A stretch of DNA of 64,000 nt from Actinomycetota bacterium (GCA_030917845.1 JAUPTY010000001.1:5289-69288), one strand, 5' to 3'. Counted from the first letter of the stretch, positions 19,053 through 27,931 are shown. Made by a program: numbers and translations. Notes: generated by a model not told the origin, from the sequence alone.

Positions 19053-19514
19053 ATGAATTTCAAGGGGATCGCCAAGAGTGCGACCGTGATCGTCGTTGCC
19101 GTTGCCGCTTGTTTCGCGCTGGCCGCGCCGGCAACCTCGGCCAAGCAGTCAAAGCCACCGCTGGTGTGGATCGACATGTACGCACAGGCCGAGAAACACC
19201 CTGACTTCGTCTACTTCACGGCCAACTCGGGTGGGCAGGTTCACAGCCTCAAATGGACAGGCTGGGGCAGGCGCAAGGCTGTTGGTCGGGGGATCTACCG
19301 GGACACTTCCCCGAGCTATCCGGGCAAGCCGGACCTTGAAGGTCCCGCCAGGATCGTCGTGTGGAAGCCGATCAAGTGCGTTATCGCCTTTGGCGACAAC
19401 GAGGGCAAGACGTTCCGCATCTACCGTCACGCCCGGATGCTTCGTTCGGACAGCAGGGGCGGCAGGAAGTGGATCAACCTTAACGGCTACACCGGTCTCG
19501 GCGCCTGCAAGTAG
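19053..19514 (+). CDS. Secreted hypothetical protein
   Basis: ATG 19053 with SD AGGGAG. Signal peptide MNFKGIAKSATVIVVAVAACFALAAPATSA. No recognisable domain. Confidence 0.6.
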   Translation: MNFKGIAKSATVIVVAVAACFALAAPATSAKQSKPPLVWIDMYAQAEKHPDFVYFTANSGGQVHSLKWTGWGRRKAVGRGIYRDTSPSYPGKPDLEGPARIVVWKPIKCVIAFGDNEGKTFRIYRHARMLRSDSRGGRKWINLNGYTGLGACK

Positions 19515-19531
19515 CCGGTCGGATCAGTTGG

Positions 19532-19654
19532 CTACAGGTTCAGCCACTGCTTCGGAAGGTCGACGCTCACGTCCTTGAGGTTGTTGGCCCTGGCTCCAAC
19601 GACCCGGATCAGGTCATGACTGTCTGCCTCCCGGTCAGCTTCGGCTGCCGCCAT
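19532..19654 (-). pseudogene. Remnant of a UvrA-family (class II UvrA-like) ABC ATPase gene, first ~35 codons only
   Basis: 40-codon ORF starting 2 nt after the fadE stop: MAAAEADREADSHDLIRVVGARANNLKDVSVDLPKQWLNL*. The I-x-V-x-GAR-x-NNLK-x-V-x-(L/I)-PK block is the very N-terminus of UvrA-type proteins. The Walker A that should follow is missing. Confidence 0.55.
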
Positions 19655-19656
19655 CC

Positions 19657-21486
19657 TCAGAAAGCCTCTTCGCTCAGCTCCATCACGTCGTTGTCGATTC
19701 CTTCGATCGCTGTCCGGGTGGCTTCCAGGTTCGGCAGCATGGTCCGGGCGAAGAACTTCGCACCAGTGACCTTGCCTTCGTAATAAGGACGATCGCGATC
19801 GGAAGCGCCATTCTCGAGCGCGGCGGCCGCGATCTCGGCCTGGGTGATCAGCAGCCAGCCGATGATCAGGTCGCCGAAAGCCTTCAGGAACGGAACCGAA
19901 CCGAGCCCCACCTTGTACACGCTCTTCGGGTCCTCCTGTGAACCCATCAGGTAGCCCATCAAGGCCTGGTGCATCGCCTTGAGGTTCTCGACGGCCTCGC
20001 CAAGACGTATGCGTTCCTGGTCGAGACCTCCGCCCGAACCGTCTGCGGTGGCCTGGAACTTCTCCAGCAGATGGTTCAGAGACCGGCTCTCGTCCCGCAC
20101 TATCTTGCGGAAGAAGAAGTCCTGGGCCTGGATCGCCGTAGTGCCCTCATAGAGGCTGTCGATCTTGGCGTCGCGGATGTACTGCTCGATCGGGTAATCC
20201 TGAAGGAAGCCGGAGCCACCATAGGTCTGGAGCGATTCGGTCAGGATTTCATAGGCCCGTTCCGAGCCGACACCCTTGACGATCGGCAGCAGGAAGTCGT
20301 TTATCCTCGCCGCGAAATCTGCATCGACGCCCTGGGAAACCTGAGCTGCCGTCGGGTCGTGGTGAAGGGCGGTAAAGAGGTACAGCGCCCGGAGACCCTC
20401 GGCGTAGGTCTTCTGGGTCATCAGCGACCGACGCACGTCCGGATGGTGGATGACGGTGACCCGGGGCGCGGTCTTGTCCATGATCTGGGTCAGGTCGGCG
20501 CCCTGGACCCGTTCCTTCGCGTACTCGAGCGCGTTCAGGTAGCCGGTGGAGAGAGTTGCAATCGCCTTGGTGCCGACCATCATGCGGGCGAACTCGATCA
20601 CGTCGAACATCTGACGAATGCCATTGTGAACGTCACCGACCAGGTAGCCAACGGCCGGGTTGTCGCCGTCGCCGAAGGCCATGTCACAGGTAGCAGAGGC
20701 CTTGATGCCCATCTTGTGCTCGATGCTGGTCACATTGACGCCGTTACGGGCGCCGATCTCCCCGGTCTCGGAATCGAAGTGGTACTTCGGCACGACGAAG
20801 AGGCTCAGGCCCTTGGTGCCGGGACCGGCACCTTCGGGTCGAGCCAGCGTGTAGTGAAAAATGTTGTCAAAGAGATCGTCGGAGTCACCGGAGGTAATGA
20901 AGCGCTTCTCTCCCTCGATGTGCCAGGTGCCGTCGCCCTGATCGATCGCCTTGGCCCGGCCGGCACCGACGTCGGAGCCGGCCTCCGGCTCGGTCAGGAC
21001 CATGGTGGCGCCCCATCTCTTCTCCACTGCGAGCTGGGCCCAGTGCTGCTGTTCCTCGTTGCCGTTCTTGTAAAGCAGGCTGGCGAAGGCGGGTCCCGCG
21101 AGGTAGAAGAAGCCTGCCGGCAGGGCGCCGCACATGAACTCGTTGATTGCCCAGGAGACGGTGGCGGGGGCGGGGATGCCACCGACTTCCTCGATCAGGC
21201 CGATCTTCTCCCAGTCGGCTTCGGTCCAGGCGTAGACAGATTCCTTGAATTCCGACGGGAGGGTTACTTCATGGGTCTCGGGGTCGAAAGTAGGTGGAGT
21301 GCGGTCGCTTGACTCGAAAGCGGCCGCCACGGGACCCTCGGCCAGCTTGGAGGATTCCTCGAGCATGATCCTGACGGTGTCCGCGTCAAGGTCACCGAAG
21401 GCTCCGGTCTGGAGGATCTCATCGGTGTCGAAAACCTCGAAAAGGTTGAACTCGATGTCCCGGACATTGCTCTTGTAGTGACCCAA
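19657..21486 (-). CDS. Acyl-CoA dehydrogenase, long form with C-terminal extension
   Basis: 609 aa, starting [19 protein letters not shown], with ACAD middle and C-terminal domains ([23 protein letters not shown]). Confidence 0.9.
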   Translation of the reverse strand: MGHYKSNVRDIEFNLFEVFDTDEILQTGAFGDLDADTVRIMLEESSKLAEGPVAAAFESSDRTPPTFDPETHEVTLPSEFKESVYAWTEADWEKIGLIEEVGGIPAPATVSWAINEFMCGALPAGFFYLAGPAFASLLYKNGNEEQQHWAQLAVEKRWGATMVLTEPEAGSDVGAGRAKAIDQGDGTWHIEGEKRFITSGDSDDLFDNIFHYTLARPEGAGPGTKGLSLFVVPKYHFDSETGEIGARNGVNVTSIEHKMGIKASATCDMAFGDGDNPAVGYLVGDVHNGIRQMFDVIEFARMMVGTKAIATLSTGYLNALEYAKERVQGADLTQIMDKTAPRVTVIHHPDVRRSLMTQKTYAEGLRALYLFTALHHDPTAAQVSQGVDADFAARINDFLLPIVKGVGSERAYEILTESLQTYGGSGFLQDYPIEQYIRDAKIDSLYEGTTAIQAQDFFFRKIVRDESRSLNHLLEKFQATADGSGGGLDQERIRLGEAVENLKAMHQALMGYLMGSQEDPKSVYKVGLGSVPFLKAFGDLIIGWLLITQAEIAAAALENGASDRDRPYYEGKVTGAKFFARTMLPNLEATRTAIEGIDNDVMELSEEAF

Positions 21487-21588
21487 CTGACTCTCCGTTC
21501 AAAGGCGCGTGACAGAAACTGTGCCCGGGAGCATCCCACCATTCGGAATCCGGTGCATCAGGGCAATGGCTTGTCCAACCCGTCCGCT

Positions 21589-22548
21589 TCAGCCGGGGAG
21601 CTTCTGCTGCGTCTCCAGCACCGGCTGGAAAGGGTGATCCCCACTCGAAAGCGAGTCGATAGCGGCATCGGGAGTGCAGGCCAGCAAGGACCGGTCATCA
21701 TTGTCCAGGGACCTCTCCAGAAGCTGCCAACTGACCGGGAACGAGACAGAGGGGCTAGGTGTGGCCCTCATCGAGTAGACGGCGACCGTGGTCTTGTGCC
21801 GGGAGTTCTGACTCCAGTCGATCAGGACTTTCCCTTTCCTCAGGCTCCTGGTCATTCTGGATACGACCTGATCAGGCAGTTCGCTCTCAAACCCGCGGGC
21901 GAGGCTGTGGGCGAAGGCACCGGTTCGCTCGAAGTCGATGTCTGGTGAGTTCAGCGGCAGATAGACCTGAATGCCTTTTGAGCCGGAGATCTTCGCGAAT
22001 GACCGGAGTCCCTGACGTTCGAAGGTTTCATTGATCAGCAAGGCGATCTCAGCGCAGTTAAGAATGCCTGCTGGAGATCCAGGGTCGAGGTCAAAGACGA
22101 CCGAGTCAGGGACAGTGGGGGTCTCGACCCGGGCCAGAGGGACATGGAGTTCGATCGAGGCGAGATTGGCCATCCAGATGAGAGTTGGCAGGTTGTTGAT
22201 CAGGCAGTACTCGATCGATCCGCCCCTGGAGTCGCTGCTGACAGTTGCGGTTTCGACCCAATCGGGGCGGTAGTCGGGACAGTGCTTCTCCCAGAATCCG
22301 GGTTCGCTCGTGCCATCAGGGAACCTCCGCATGGTCACCGGACGGTCGCGGAGGTGGGGGAGGAGCACGGGCGCAACGGCCGCGTAGTAATCGATCAGGT
22401 CCCGTTTGCGGAATCCCGACTCCTGGTAGAGAACCCGGTCCAGGTTGGAGAGCGTCATCGGCGTTCCGTCCACTTCCAGCTTCCATTTATCCGGACCACC
22501 GACCGCCTCTGAAGTGAGGCGACGATCATCGTAAAGATCAAGACTCAA
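21589..22548 (-). CDS. ligD: NHEJ polymerase/primase (stand-alone LigD Pol domain)
   Basis: 319 aa with a TTG start overlapping the ligase stop (TTGA). LSNLDRVLYQESGFRKRDLIDYYAAVAPVLLPHLRDRPVTMRRFPDG...FDLDPG is the LigD PolDom pattern. Confidence 0.88.
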   Translation of the reverse strand: MSLDLYDDRRLTSEAVGGPDKWKLEVDGTPMTLSNLDRVLYQESGFRKRDLIDYYAAVAPVLLPHLRDRPVTMRRFPDGTSEPGFWEKHCPDYRPDWVETATVSSDSRGGSIEYCLINNLPTLIWMANLASIELHVPLARVETPTVPDSVVFDLDPGSPAGILNCAEIALLINETFERQGLRSFAKISGSKGIQVYLPLNSPDIDFERTGAFAHSLARGFESELPDQVVSRMTRSLRKGKVLIDWSQNSRHKTTVAVYSMRATPSPSVSFPVSWQLLERSLDNDDRSLLACTPDAAIDSLSSGDHPFQPVLETQQKLPG

Positions 22549-23489
22549 GGCCGCTCCTCCCTGACGACCTCAGCCGGAGTCTTGTCCGGGCGAAATCCCA
22601 GGAACACGGGGTTTCGGACCCGGCCGTCATGGGTCCATTGCGTGAACCTGACCTCGATTGCGCACTCCGGTCGTGCCCAGCGGGCATTGGCAGGAATGCT
22701 GGCCCGGTCAGCGGTATCAAACGGGGACTCCAGCTGGCTCTTCTCCTCGAGATCCGCCGTGATCCGTGACAGCAGCTGGTCGTCGAAGCCCGTGCCCACA
22801 CGCCCGGCAAATCGCAGCCGGGCTGTTCCCGGCTCGTAGTAGCCAAGCAGCAGAGAGCCAAGCGTTCCCGACCGATGGCCTTTGCCCGGCAGCCAGCCGC
22901 CCACGACGAACTCCTGCCTTCTTGAGTTCTTCATCTTGATCCAGTGCCGGCTCCGCTTGCCTTCGAGGTAGGGGCTGTCAAGCTGCTTGGCGACGATGCC
23001 CTCCAGGCCCAGATCCGATGTGGCGGCCAGAACTTCAGACGGTTCGCCCGCGAGCCGGTCCGGCACGGACCAGCGCTTCCCTTCGATCCTGAGCGACTCG
23101 AGCTTCTCCCGTCGAGCTTCGTATGGCTGATCCCGGAGGTCGACACCGCCTGCCCAGAGCAAGTCAAAGATCAGGAAGGTTGACTTGAGATGCCGCTCGG
23201 TGCGCGACTGCATCAACTGGAAGTCGGGGTGGCCGAGATCATCGAAAACCACCAGTTCCCCATCAAGAATCGTCCCCCGGGCCGACTTGTCCTGACCAAG
23301 CTCATTCAACTCCGGAAACGACGGCGTGATGTCATTGAGCCGACGGCCCTGAAGCCGGAGACCGCGATCACAGAAGGCGATGGCCCGGTAACCATCCCAC
23401 TTGACCTCGCATTGCCAGCGTGAAGAATCGTCAGCCTCACCAAGGTGGGCTTTCATCGGTTCGATCCGGGATGGCATCCTGTTTGGCAC
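22545..23489 (-). CDS. ligD: ATP-dependent DNA ligase (stand-alone LigD ligase domain)
   Basis: 314 aa with the adenylation motif I CEVKWDGYRAIAF. The start is GTG 23489 or ATG 23477. Confidence 0.9.
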   Translation of the reverse strand: MPNRMPSRIEPMKAHLGEADDSSRWQCEVKWDGYRAIAFCDRGLRLQGRRLNDITPSFPELNELGQDKSARGTILDGELVVFDDLGHPDFQLMQSRTERHLKSTFLIFDLLWAGGVDLRDQPYEARREKLESLRIEGKRWSVPDRLAGEPSEVLAATSDLGLEGIVAKQLDSPYLEGKRSRHWIKMKNSRRQEFVVGGWLPGKGHRSGTLGSLLLGYYEPGTARLRFAGRVGTGFDDQLLSRITADLEEKSQLESPFDTADRASIPANARWARPECAIEVRFTQWTHDGRVRNPVFLGFRPDKTPAEVVREERP

Positions 23490-23502
23490 AGTGATTACCG
23501 GT

Positions 23503-23527
23503 TTACCCGTCCTGGTGTCAATGAACC
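23503..23527 (-). promoter_or_regulatory. SigB/SigF-type promoter candidate (ligase-polymerase operon)
   Basis: The minus strand reads GGTT (23527-23524), N15, then GGGTAA (23508-23503). Confidence 0.5.
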
Positions 23528-23540
23528 GGATTCGGGGTAC
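23515..23540 (+). promoter_or_regulatory. SigB/SigF-type promoter candidate (ku-ku operon)
   Basis: GTGT (23515-23518), N16, then GGGTAC (23535-23540). This is 10 nt upstream of the ku ATG and physically interleaved with the divergent ligase promoter. Confidence 0.5.
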
Positions 23541-23549
23541 TTAGACTCC

Positions 23550-24329
23550 ATGGCACCGCGCTCTATCTGGAACGGAACCCTCGCCTTCGGAATGGTTCGA
23601 GTGCCGATCAAGCTCTACTCGGCGATCGAGCCGAAGGGCATCGGCTTTCGCGAGATTCACACGAAGGACGAGTCGACTTTGCGTCACCGGCGAATCTGCA
23701 GGAAAGAAGGGAAGCCGGTCGACAAGGACCAGATCGGAAAGGGATACGAAATCTCATCCGGCGAGTACGTGCTGCTGGAACCGGACGAGATCAACGCCGC
23801 TGCGGGTGACGGAGCCAAGACCATCGAGATCGAGGAGTTCGTTGATGTCAGTTCGATCGATCCATTCCAGTTCAGCAAGACTTACTTCCTCGGTTGCCGC
23901 GAAGATGCCACACCATTCTCGGTTCTTTCCGCGGCCCTCGAGAAGACAGGCAGGGCAGGAATCGGCCGATTTTCTTTCCACAATCGCGAGTATCTGGTCG
24001 CGGTCAGGGCCTTTCAGGAACGGCTCGCGCTCCACACCCTGAGGTTCTCGGATGAGATCGTCGACGTCGGTGATCTCGACATGCCCGGGGGCGGAAAGAA
24101 GCCGACCGCCAAGGAAGTGAAGATGGCACGCCAACTCATTGCCGGGCTCACGGACGAGTTCGAGCCCGACGGCTTCCAGGACGAGTATCGCGCCGCAGTG
24201 ATGGACCTGATTGAGCGAAAGGCTGAAGGAAAGAAGCCGAAGAAGAGCAAGTCGAAGAAAAAGAAGCCAACCGGCGATCTTTCGAAAGCGCTCGAAGAGA
24301 GCCTTGCGGCTCAGGGAGCTTCGAACTGA
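23550..24329 (+). CDS. ku: Ku protein (NHEJ DNA-end binding), paralogue 1 with a Lys-rich tail
   Basis: Starts at ATG 23550: MAPRSIWNGTLAFGMVRVPIKLYSAIEPKGIGFREIH. The C-terminus is KKPKKSKSKKKKPTG. Confidence 0.92.
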   Translation: MAPRSIWNGTLAFGMVRVPIKLYSAIEPKGIGFREIHTKDESTLRHRRICRKEGKPVDKDQIGKGYEISSGEYVLLEPDEINAAAGDGAKTIEIEEFVDVSSIDPFQFSKTYFLGCREDATPFSVLSAALEKTGRAGIGRFSFHNREYLVAVRAFQERLALHTLRFSDEIVDVGDLDMPGGGKKPTAKEVKMARQLIAGLTDEFEPDGFQDEYRAAVMDLIERKAEGKKPKKSKSKKKKPTGDLSKALEESLAAQGASN

Positions 24330-25240
24330 TGCCGCGTCCGCTCTGGAAAGGGACTGTCTCCTTCGGTCTGGTCAGTGTGCCGGTCGAGCTCTACTCCGCG
24401 ATCACGGACCGGGGAGTTCACTTTCGCGAGATCCACACCAGCGACGGATCGCCGGTGAAGCATGTCCGGTACTGCGCTGCCGAGGACAAGCCGGTCGATC
24501 AGTCAGAAGTCGGTCGGGCCTACGAGCTTGATGACGGTCGGCTGATTCCGGTCACCGACGAGGAACTGGAGAACCTGGAACCCGAGAAGACCCAGACCAT
24601 CGAGATCGAAACCTTCGTCACCCGCACCGATGTCGATCCAATCCGGTTCGACCATCCCTATTACATGGTCCCGGGGAACAGGTCGGTCGGAACCCTGCGG
24701 GCCTACCGGCTGCTGGTCGAGGCAATGACCGAAGGGGACCTCCTGGCGATGGGGACCTTTGTAATGCGCAGCCGCGGGTATCTGGCGGCGATCCGGGTCA
24801 GGGGAGATGCGCTGGCACTTTCGACCATGCACTTCCCGGCCGAGATCAGGTCGATATCCGATCTGCCCGGGCCGGCCGACGCCAAGATCGCCGCCGCCGA
24901 GCTCGACGACATGGTCGCGATCGTCGGCGAGCTATCCGCAGACTGGGATCCGGATTCATACAGCGACCGCTACAGAGCCCGACTGAAGAAGGTGATCACC
25001 AGCAAGAAGAAGGGCCGCAAGATCAAGGCTCCTGCCGAACCTGAAGAAGCACCAACAGCCGCCCCGGACCTGATGGCAGCCCTGAAGGAGACGCTCGCCA
25101 GCTCGCGCCGGCGCAGCCGCAGGCCGAAGGACCTCGAGGGCCTGTCAAGGGATGACCTTTACGAGCTTGCCTCGAAACGGGGCCTGAAGGGAAGGTCGAA
25201 GATGAACAAGGGCCAGTTGATCGAGGCTCTCGGAGACTGA
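24329..25240 (+). CDS. ku: Ku protein, paralogue 2 with a C-terminal HeH/Rho_N (SAP-like) module
   Basis: MPRPLWKGTVSFGLVSVPVELYSAITDRGVHFREIH. Its start overlaps the ku1 stop by 1 nt (TGATG). The tail is LSRDDLYELASKRGLKGRSKMNKGQLIEALGD. Confidence 0.92.
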   Translation: MPRPLWKGTVSFGLVSVPVELYSAITDRGVHFREIHTSDGSPVKHVRYCAAEDKPVDQSEVGRAYELDDGRLIPVTDEELENLEPEKTQTIEIETFVTRTDVDPIRFDHPYYMVPGNRSVGTLRAYRLLVEAMTEGDLLAMGTFVMRSRGYLAAIRVRGDALALSTMHFPAEIRSISDLPGPADAKIAAAELDDMVAIVGELSADWDPDSYSDRYRARLKKVITSKKKGRKIKAPAEPEEAPTAAPDLMAALKETLASSRRRSRRPKDLEGLSRDDLYELASKRGLKGRSKMNKGQLIEALGD

Positions 25241-25263
25241 TTCATTCGTGAGGCGACGGGTAC
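25239..25263 (+). promoter_or_regulatory. SigB/SigF-type promoter candidate (small HeH protein)
   Basis: GATT (25239-25242), N15, then GGGTAC (25258-25263). Confidence 0.5.
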
Positions 25264-25325
25264 CCGCCTGGCAAGGTCGGGTTCGATCCTGACTCTGAAA
25301 ACAAGACGAGAAGGAGCTGATCAGG

Positions 25326-25592
25326 ATGCCAAAGGGCTCAGATCACGGACCGAGCGTCAAAGACGACAAGCTCTACGAAGAATTGCGCGAAGACAGTGCC
25401 AGCAAGGAGAAGGCAGCCCGGATCGCCAACGCGAAAGCTTCCTGTGAGAACGTCGGAAAGAAGGGCGGCGAAGCCGAGGACTACGAGGACCGCACCGTAG
25501 AGGAGTTGCGCGACCGGGCCGGGGAAGTCGGCATTGACGGCCGCTCAGACATGGACAAGAAGGAACTGATCAACGCCTTGCGCAACCACTGA
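25326..25592 (+). CDS. Small acidic protein with a C-terminal HeH/Rho_N-like module
   Basis: 88 aa with KDDKLYEELREDSASKEKAARIANA and RTVEELRDRAGEVGIDGRSDMDKKELINALRNH. Confidence 0.8.
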   Translation: MPKGSDHGPSVKDDKLYEELREDSASKEKAARIANAKASCENVGKKGGEAEDYEDRTVEELRDRAGEVGIDGRSDMDKKELINALRNH

Positions 25593-25609
25593 CCGGGCGG
25601 CAGGGCATC

Positions 25610-26197
25610 TCACCAGGCCGTTTCAAGGGCTCTTGCCACGGTAAGGAGATTGCCGGCAGCGGTGCGACCCGTTTCGTGTGACCAATCCCGGCCAGCTGTG
25701 CTGGTGAGATAGTCGTCGCCGGGCCCGGGACCACGGTTCCAGTAGGTCCAGGCTTGACCAGGGACGGTGTAACCAATGTCAATCAGCCCACCGGCAACTT
25801 CGGAGATCACGTGGTGGGCTCCGTCCTCGTTCCCGGTGACGACGACGCCGGCCACTCGCCCGTAGGCAACGGGGTTTCCTTGATCGTCGCTTTCGCTGAT
25901 CATCGCGTCCATTCGCTCGAGAACCCGCTTGGCAACGCTGGAAGGCTGTCCGAGCCAGGTCGGGGAAGCGATGATCAGGATGTGCGCTTCGAGTAGTCGT
26001 TCGTGGATCTGCGGCCAGCCGTCCCCTTCGCCTTCATCCGATGTGACACCCGGAAGAATCTCGTGGTCAACTGCCCGCAGCAACTCCGTCTCGACACCAT
26101 GGGATTCAAGCTCCTCCAGAACCACCCGGGTGAGGGCCGCGGTATTCGATTCTTCCGGGTCGGACTTCAGCGTGCAATTGATTGCCAGTGCTTTCAT
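25610..26197 (-). CDS. Flavodoxin-like fold NAD(P)H-dependent FMN reductase family protein
   Basis: 195 aa: MKALAINCTLKSDPEESNT...HILIIASPTWLGQPSSVAKRVLERMD. Confidence 0.8.
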   Translation of the reverse strand: MKALAINCTLKSDPEESNTAALTRVVLEELESHGVETELLRAVDHEILPGVTSDEGEGDGWPQIHERLLEAHILIIASPTWLGQPSSVAKRVLERMDAMISESDDQGNPVAYGRVAGVVVTGNEDGAHHVISEVAGGLIDIGYTVPGQAWTYWNRGPGPGDDYLTSTAGRDWSHETGRTAAGNLLTVARALETAW

Positions 26198-26207
26198 GGC
26201 TACACCG

Positions 26208-26233
26208 GTACCCGCAGTCCCGATCTCACAACC
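26208..26233 (-). promoter_or_regulatory. SigB/SigF-type promoter candidate (flavodoxin-like gene)
   Basis: The minus strand reads GGTT (26233-26230), N16, then GGGTAC (26213-26208). The -10 element ends 10 nt before the ATG, so the transcript would be near-leaderless. Confidence 0.45.
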
Positions 26234-26259
26234 GTCTCCGGCATCAGCCAGGGGGCGAC

Positions 26260-26487
26260 CTACATCGGCAGCCAGATCACACCCCCCGGTTCCGCCGCAA
26301 CTTCACCCACCAGGGCATAGATCCCTGCGCCGAGCACATCACCCAGAACGAAAAGTAAAGGCAGTTTGCCTGTGATGGCCCGGCCATCCCGGAGGTCCCT
26401 ATCGCCAATCTTCAGCCATGAAAGCAGGGTACCCGGGGCTCGGCCCGTTTCACTCTGCAGAAGTTCGGCAGACGGCCGCGCCGACAT
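26260..26487 (-). pseudogene. Truncated N-terminal remnant of an APC-family amino acid permease
   Basis: The ORF ends ...GKLPLLFVLGDVLGAGIYALVGEVAAEPGGVIWLPM*. This is the TM1 GxG region of APC permeases, but only ~75 codons exist before a stop and the next gene. Confidence 0.5.
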
Positions 26488-26489
26488 TC

Positions 26490-26514
26490 GTTTGACCGTC
26501 CAGCCAGCGGGTAG
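26490..26514 (+). promoter_or_regulatory. SigB/SigF-type promoter candidate (CBS gene)
   Basis: GTTT (26490-26493), N15, then GGGTAG (26509-26514). Confidence 0.55.
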
Positions 26515-26555
26515 CCAGAGCCAGCAGGAACCGACCAACTACAAGGAGGCAGGAA

Positions 26556-26978
26556 ATGAGCAAATCAGCAAGCGAAATCATGACCGGCGGCACCGAATGC
26601 GTCGGCGAGAATGACAGCGTTGCGGATGCGGCCACTCGCATGACCGAATTGAACGTGGGAGCGATGCCGATATGTGGCGAAGACAACCGTCTCAAAGGCA
26701 TGCTCACCGACCGGGATATTGTCACCGCCGTAGTCGCCAAGGGCAGGGACCCGCAGGAAGTGATGGCGGGCGAGCTTAGAGACGGAAAGCCGGTGACGAT
26801 CGGGGCTGACGACTCGATCGAAGAGGCCATCAGGACCATGAAGGAACATGCCGTCAGGCGACTGCCGGTGATTGACGGGCACGACCTCGTGGGCATCGTT
26901 AGCCAAGGCGACATCGCCAAGCAGGTTTCGGATGAAGCGACCGGAGATCTGATCGAAGCGATCTCTACAGCGTCTTGA
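26556..26978 (+). CDS. CBS-pair domain protein (Hrp1-like)
   Basis: 140 aa with two CBS repeats (IMTGGTECVGENDSVADAATRM..., GMLTDRDIV, AVRRLPVIDGHDLVGIVSQGDI). Confidence 0.88.
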   Translation: MSKSASEIMTGGTECVGENDSVADAATRMTELNVGAMPICGEDNRLKGMLTDRDIVTAVVAKGRDPQEVMAGELRDGKPVTIGADDSIEEAIRTMKEHAVRRLPVIDGHDLVGIVSQGDIAKQVSDEATGDLIEAISTAS

Positions 26979-26996
26979 GCGAACTTCGCCACAGGC

Positions 26997-27028
26997 GACC
27001 CGGGAGCCCTTCACCGGGCTCCCGGGTC
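26997..27028. terminator. Bidirectional hairpin terminator between the CBS gene and the sigma factor gene
   Basis: 13-bp stem GACCCGGGAGCCC (26997-27009) / GGGCTCCCGGGTC (27016-27028) with a 6-nt loop. Confidence 0.75.
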
Positions 27029-27036
27029 GTTTCCTG

Positions 27037-27852
27037 TCAGACGCTATGGGACAGCTGCCGGGATTCCTTTTCGGACTTTTCTTCGACCAACTCCTCGTTC
27101 AGGCTGTCGAAGATCTTGCGGAGCTTCCGTGAGACGTGCATCTGGGAACAGCCAATTCTCTCGGCAATCTGCGATTGCGAGAGCTCCTCGCGGTACCTGA
27201 GGATCACGATCTCGCGGTCATCCTGCTCGAGTGCCTCGAGGGCCTCCGTGAGCAGCATCTTTTCCTCGATCCTCTCGTAGCCGGGATCCTCGCTGCCGAG
27301 TACATCTTCCAGGGATGCCTCTTCTTCGCTTTCGGCAGACGCAAGGCCGATGGCGTGCCTCGTTCGAACCGCTTCCTTCGCTTCGAGCACCTGTTCGACC
27401 GGGCAGTCCATGGCGGCAGCGACTTCGGTCAGGCTCGCCGACCTGTCCAGCTCACCAGAAAGGTCACGTTCAACCGACTCGAGGCGGCCGATCCTCTCGT
27501 AGATTCCACGCGGGACCCTGATCGCAGACACGCGGTCGCGGAAATGCCGCTTCAGCTCGCCGTGAATGGTGGGGGAGGCGAAAGCGAGAAACGGAAGTCC
27601 CCGCTCGGGGTCGTACCGGTCGATCGCGTTGACCAGACCGAGACTCGCGATCTGGATCAGGTCATCGAGTGACTCGGCCTCCCCCCGGTACCTGATTGCA
27701 ATGCTCTTCGCGTAAGGAAGAAACCGCTCGGTCAACTCCCTCCGTACCGCCGGTTCATCTCTTCTTTGCCAAAGGTCTTCTTCGTCCAGAAGGCCCGGGT
27801 GATCCTGCCTGTGAATGCGCCGGTTCATGCCTGAATGCTCCTTGCTGCTCAA
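27037..27852 (-). CDS. SigB/SigF/SigG-family (group 3) RNA polymerase sigma factor
   Basis: 271 aa. LDDLIQIASLGLVNAIDRYDPERGLPFLAFASPTIHGELKRHFRDRVSAIRVPR covers region 2. The region 4 HTH is SQSQIAERIGCSQMHVSRKLRKI. Confidence 0.9.
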   Translation of the reverse strand: MSSKEHSGMNRRIHRQDHPGLLDEEDLWQRRDEPAVRRELTERFLPYAKSIAIRYRGEAESLDDLIQIASLGLVNAIDRYDPERGLPFLAFASPTIHGELKRHFRDRVSAIRVPRGIYERIGRLESVERDLSGELDRSASLTEVAAAMDCPVEQVLEAKEAVRTRHAIGLASAESEEEASLEDVLGSEDPGYERIEEKMLLTEALEALEQDDREIVILRYREELSQSQIAERIGCSQMHVSRKLRKIFDSLNEELVEEKSEKESRQLSHSV

Positions 27853-27931
27853 TTTGTCTCATGCCCTTGAGCCTCAATAAGTCTGGGCCGTGCACCTTCC
27901 AGCTATGTATTTCCGAATTCGTATTTTCTAA

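Noticed and set aside
27853-27931. AT-rich spacer upstream of the sigma factor gene, considered as an autoregulatory SigB/F-type promoter.
   Set aside because: It contains no GGGTA-like -10 on the minus strand. Only weak TTGATT/AATACA-like elements are present, which is not enough to call.
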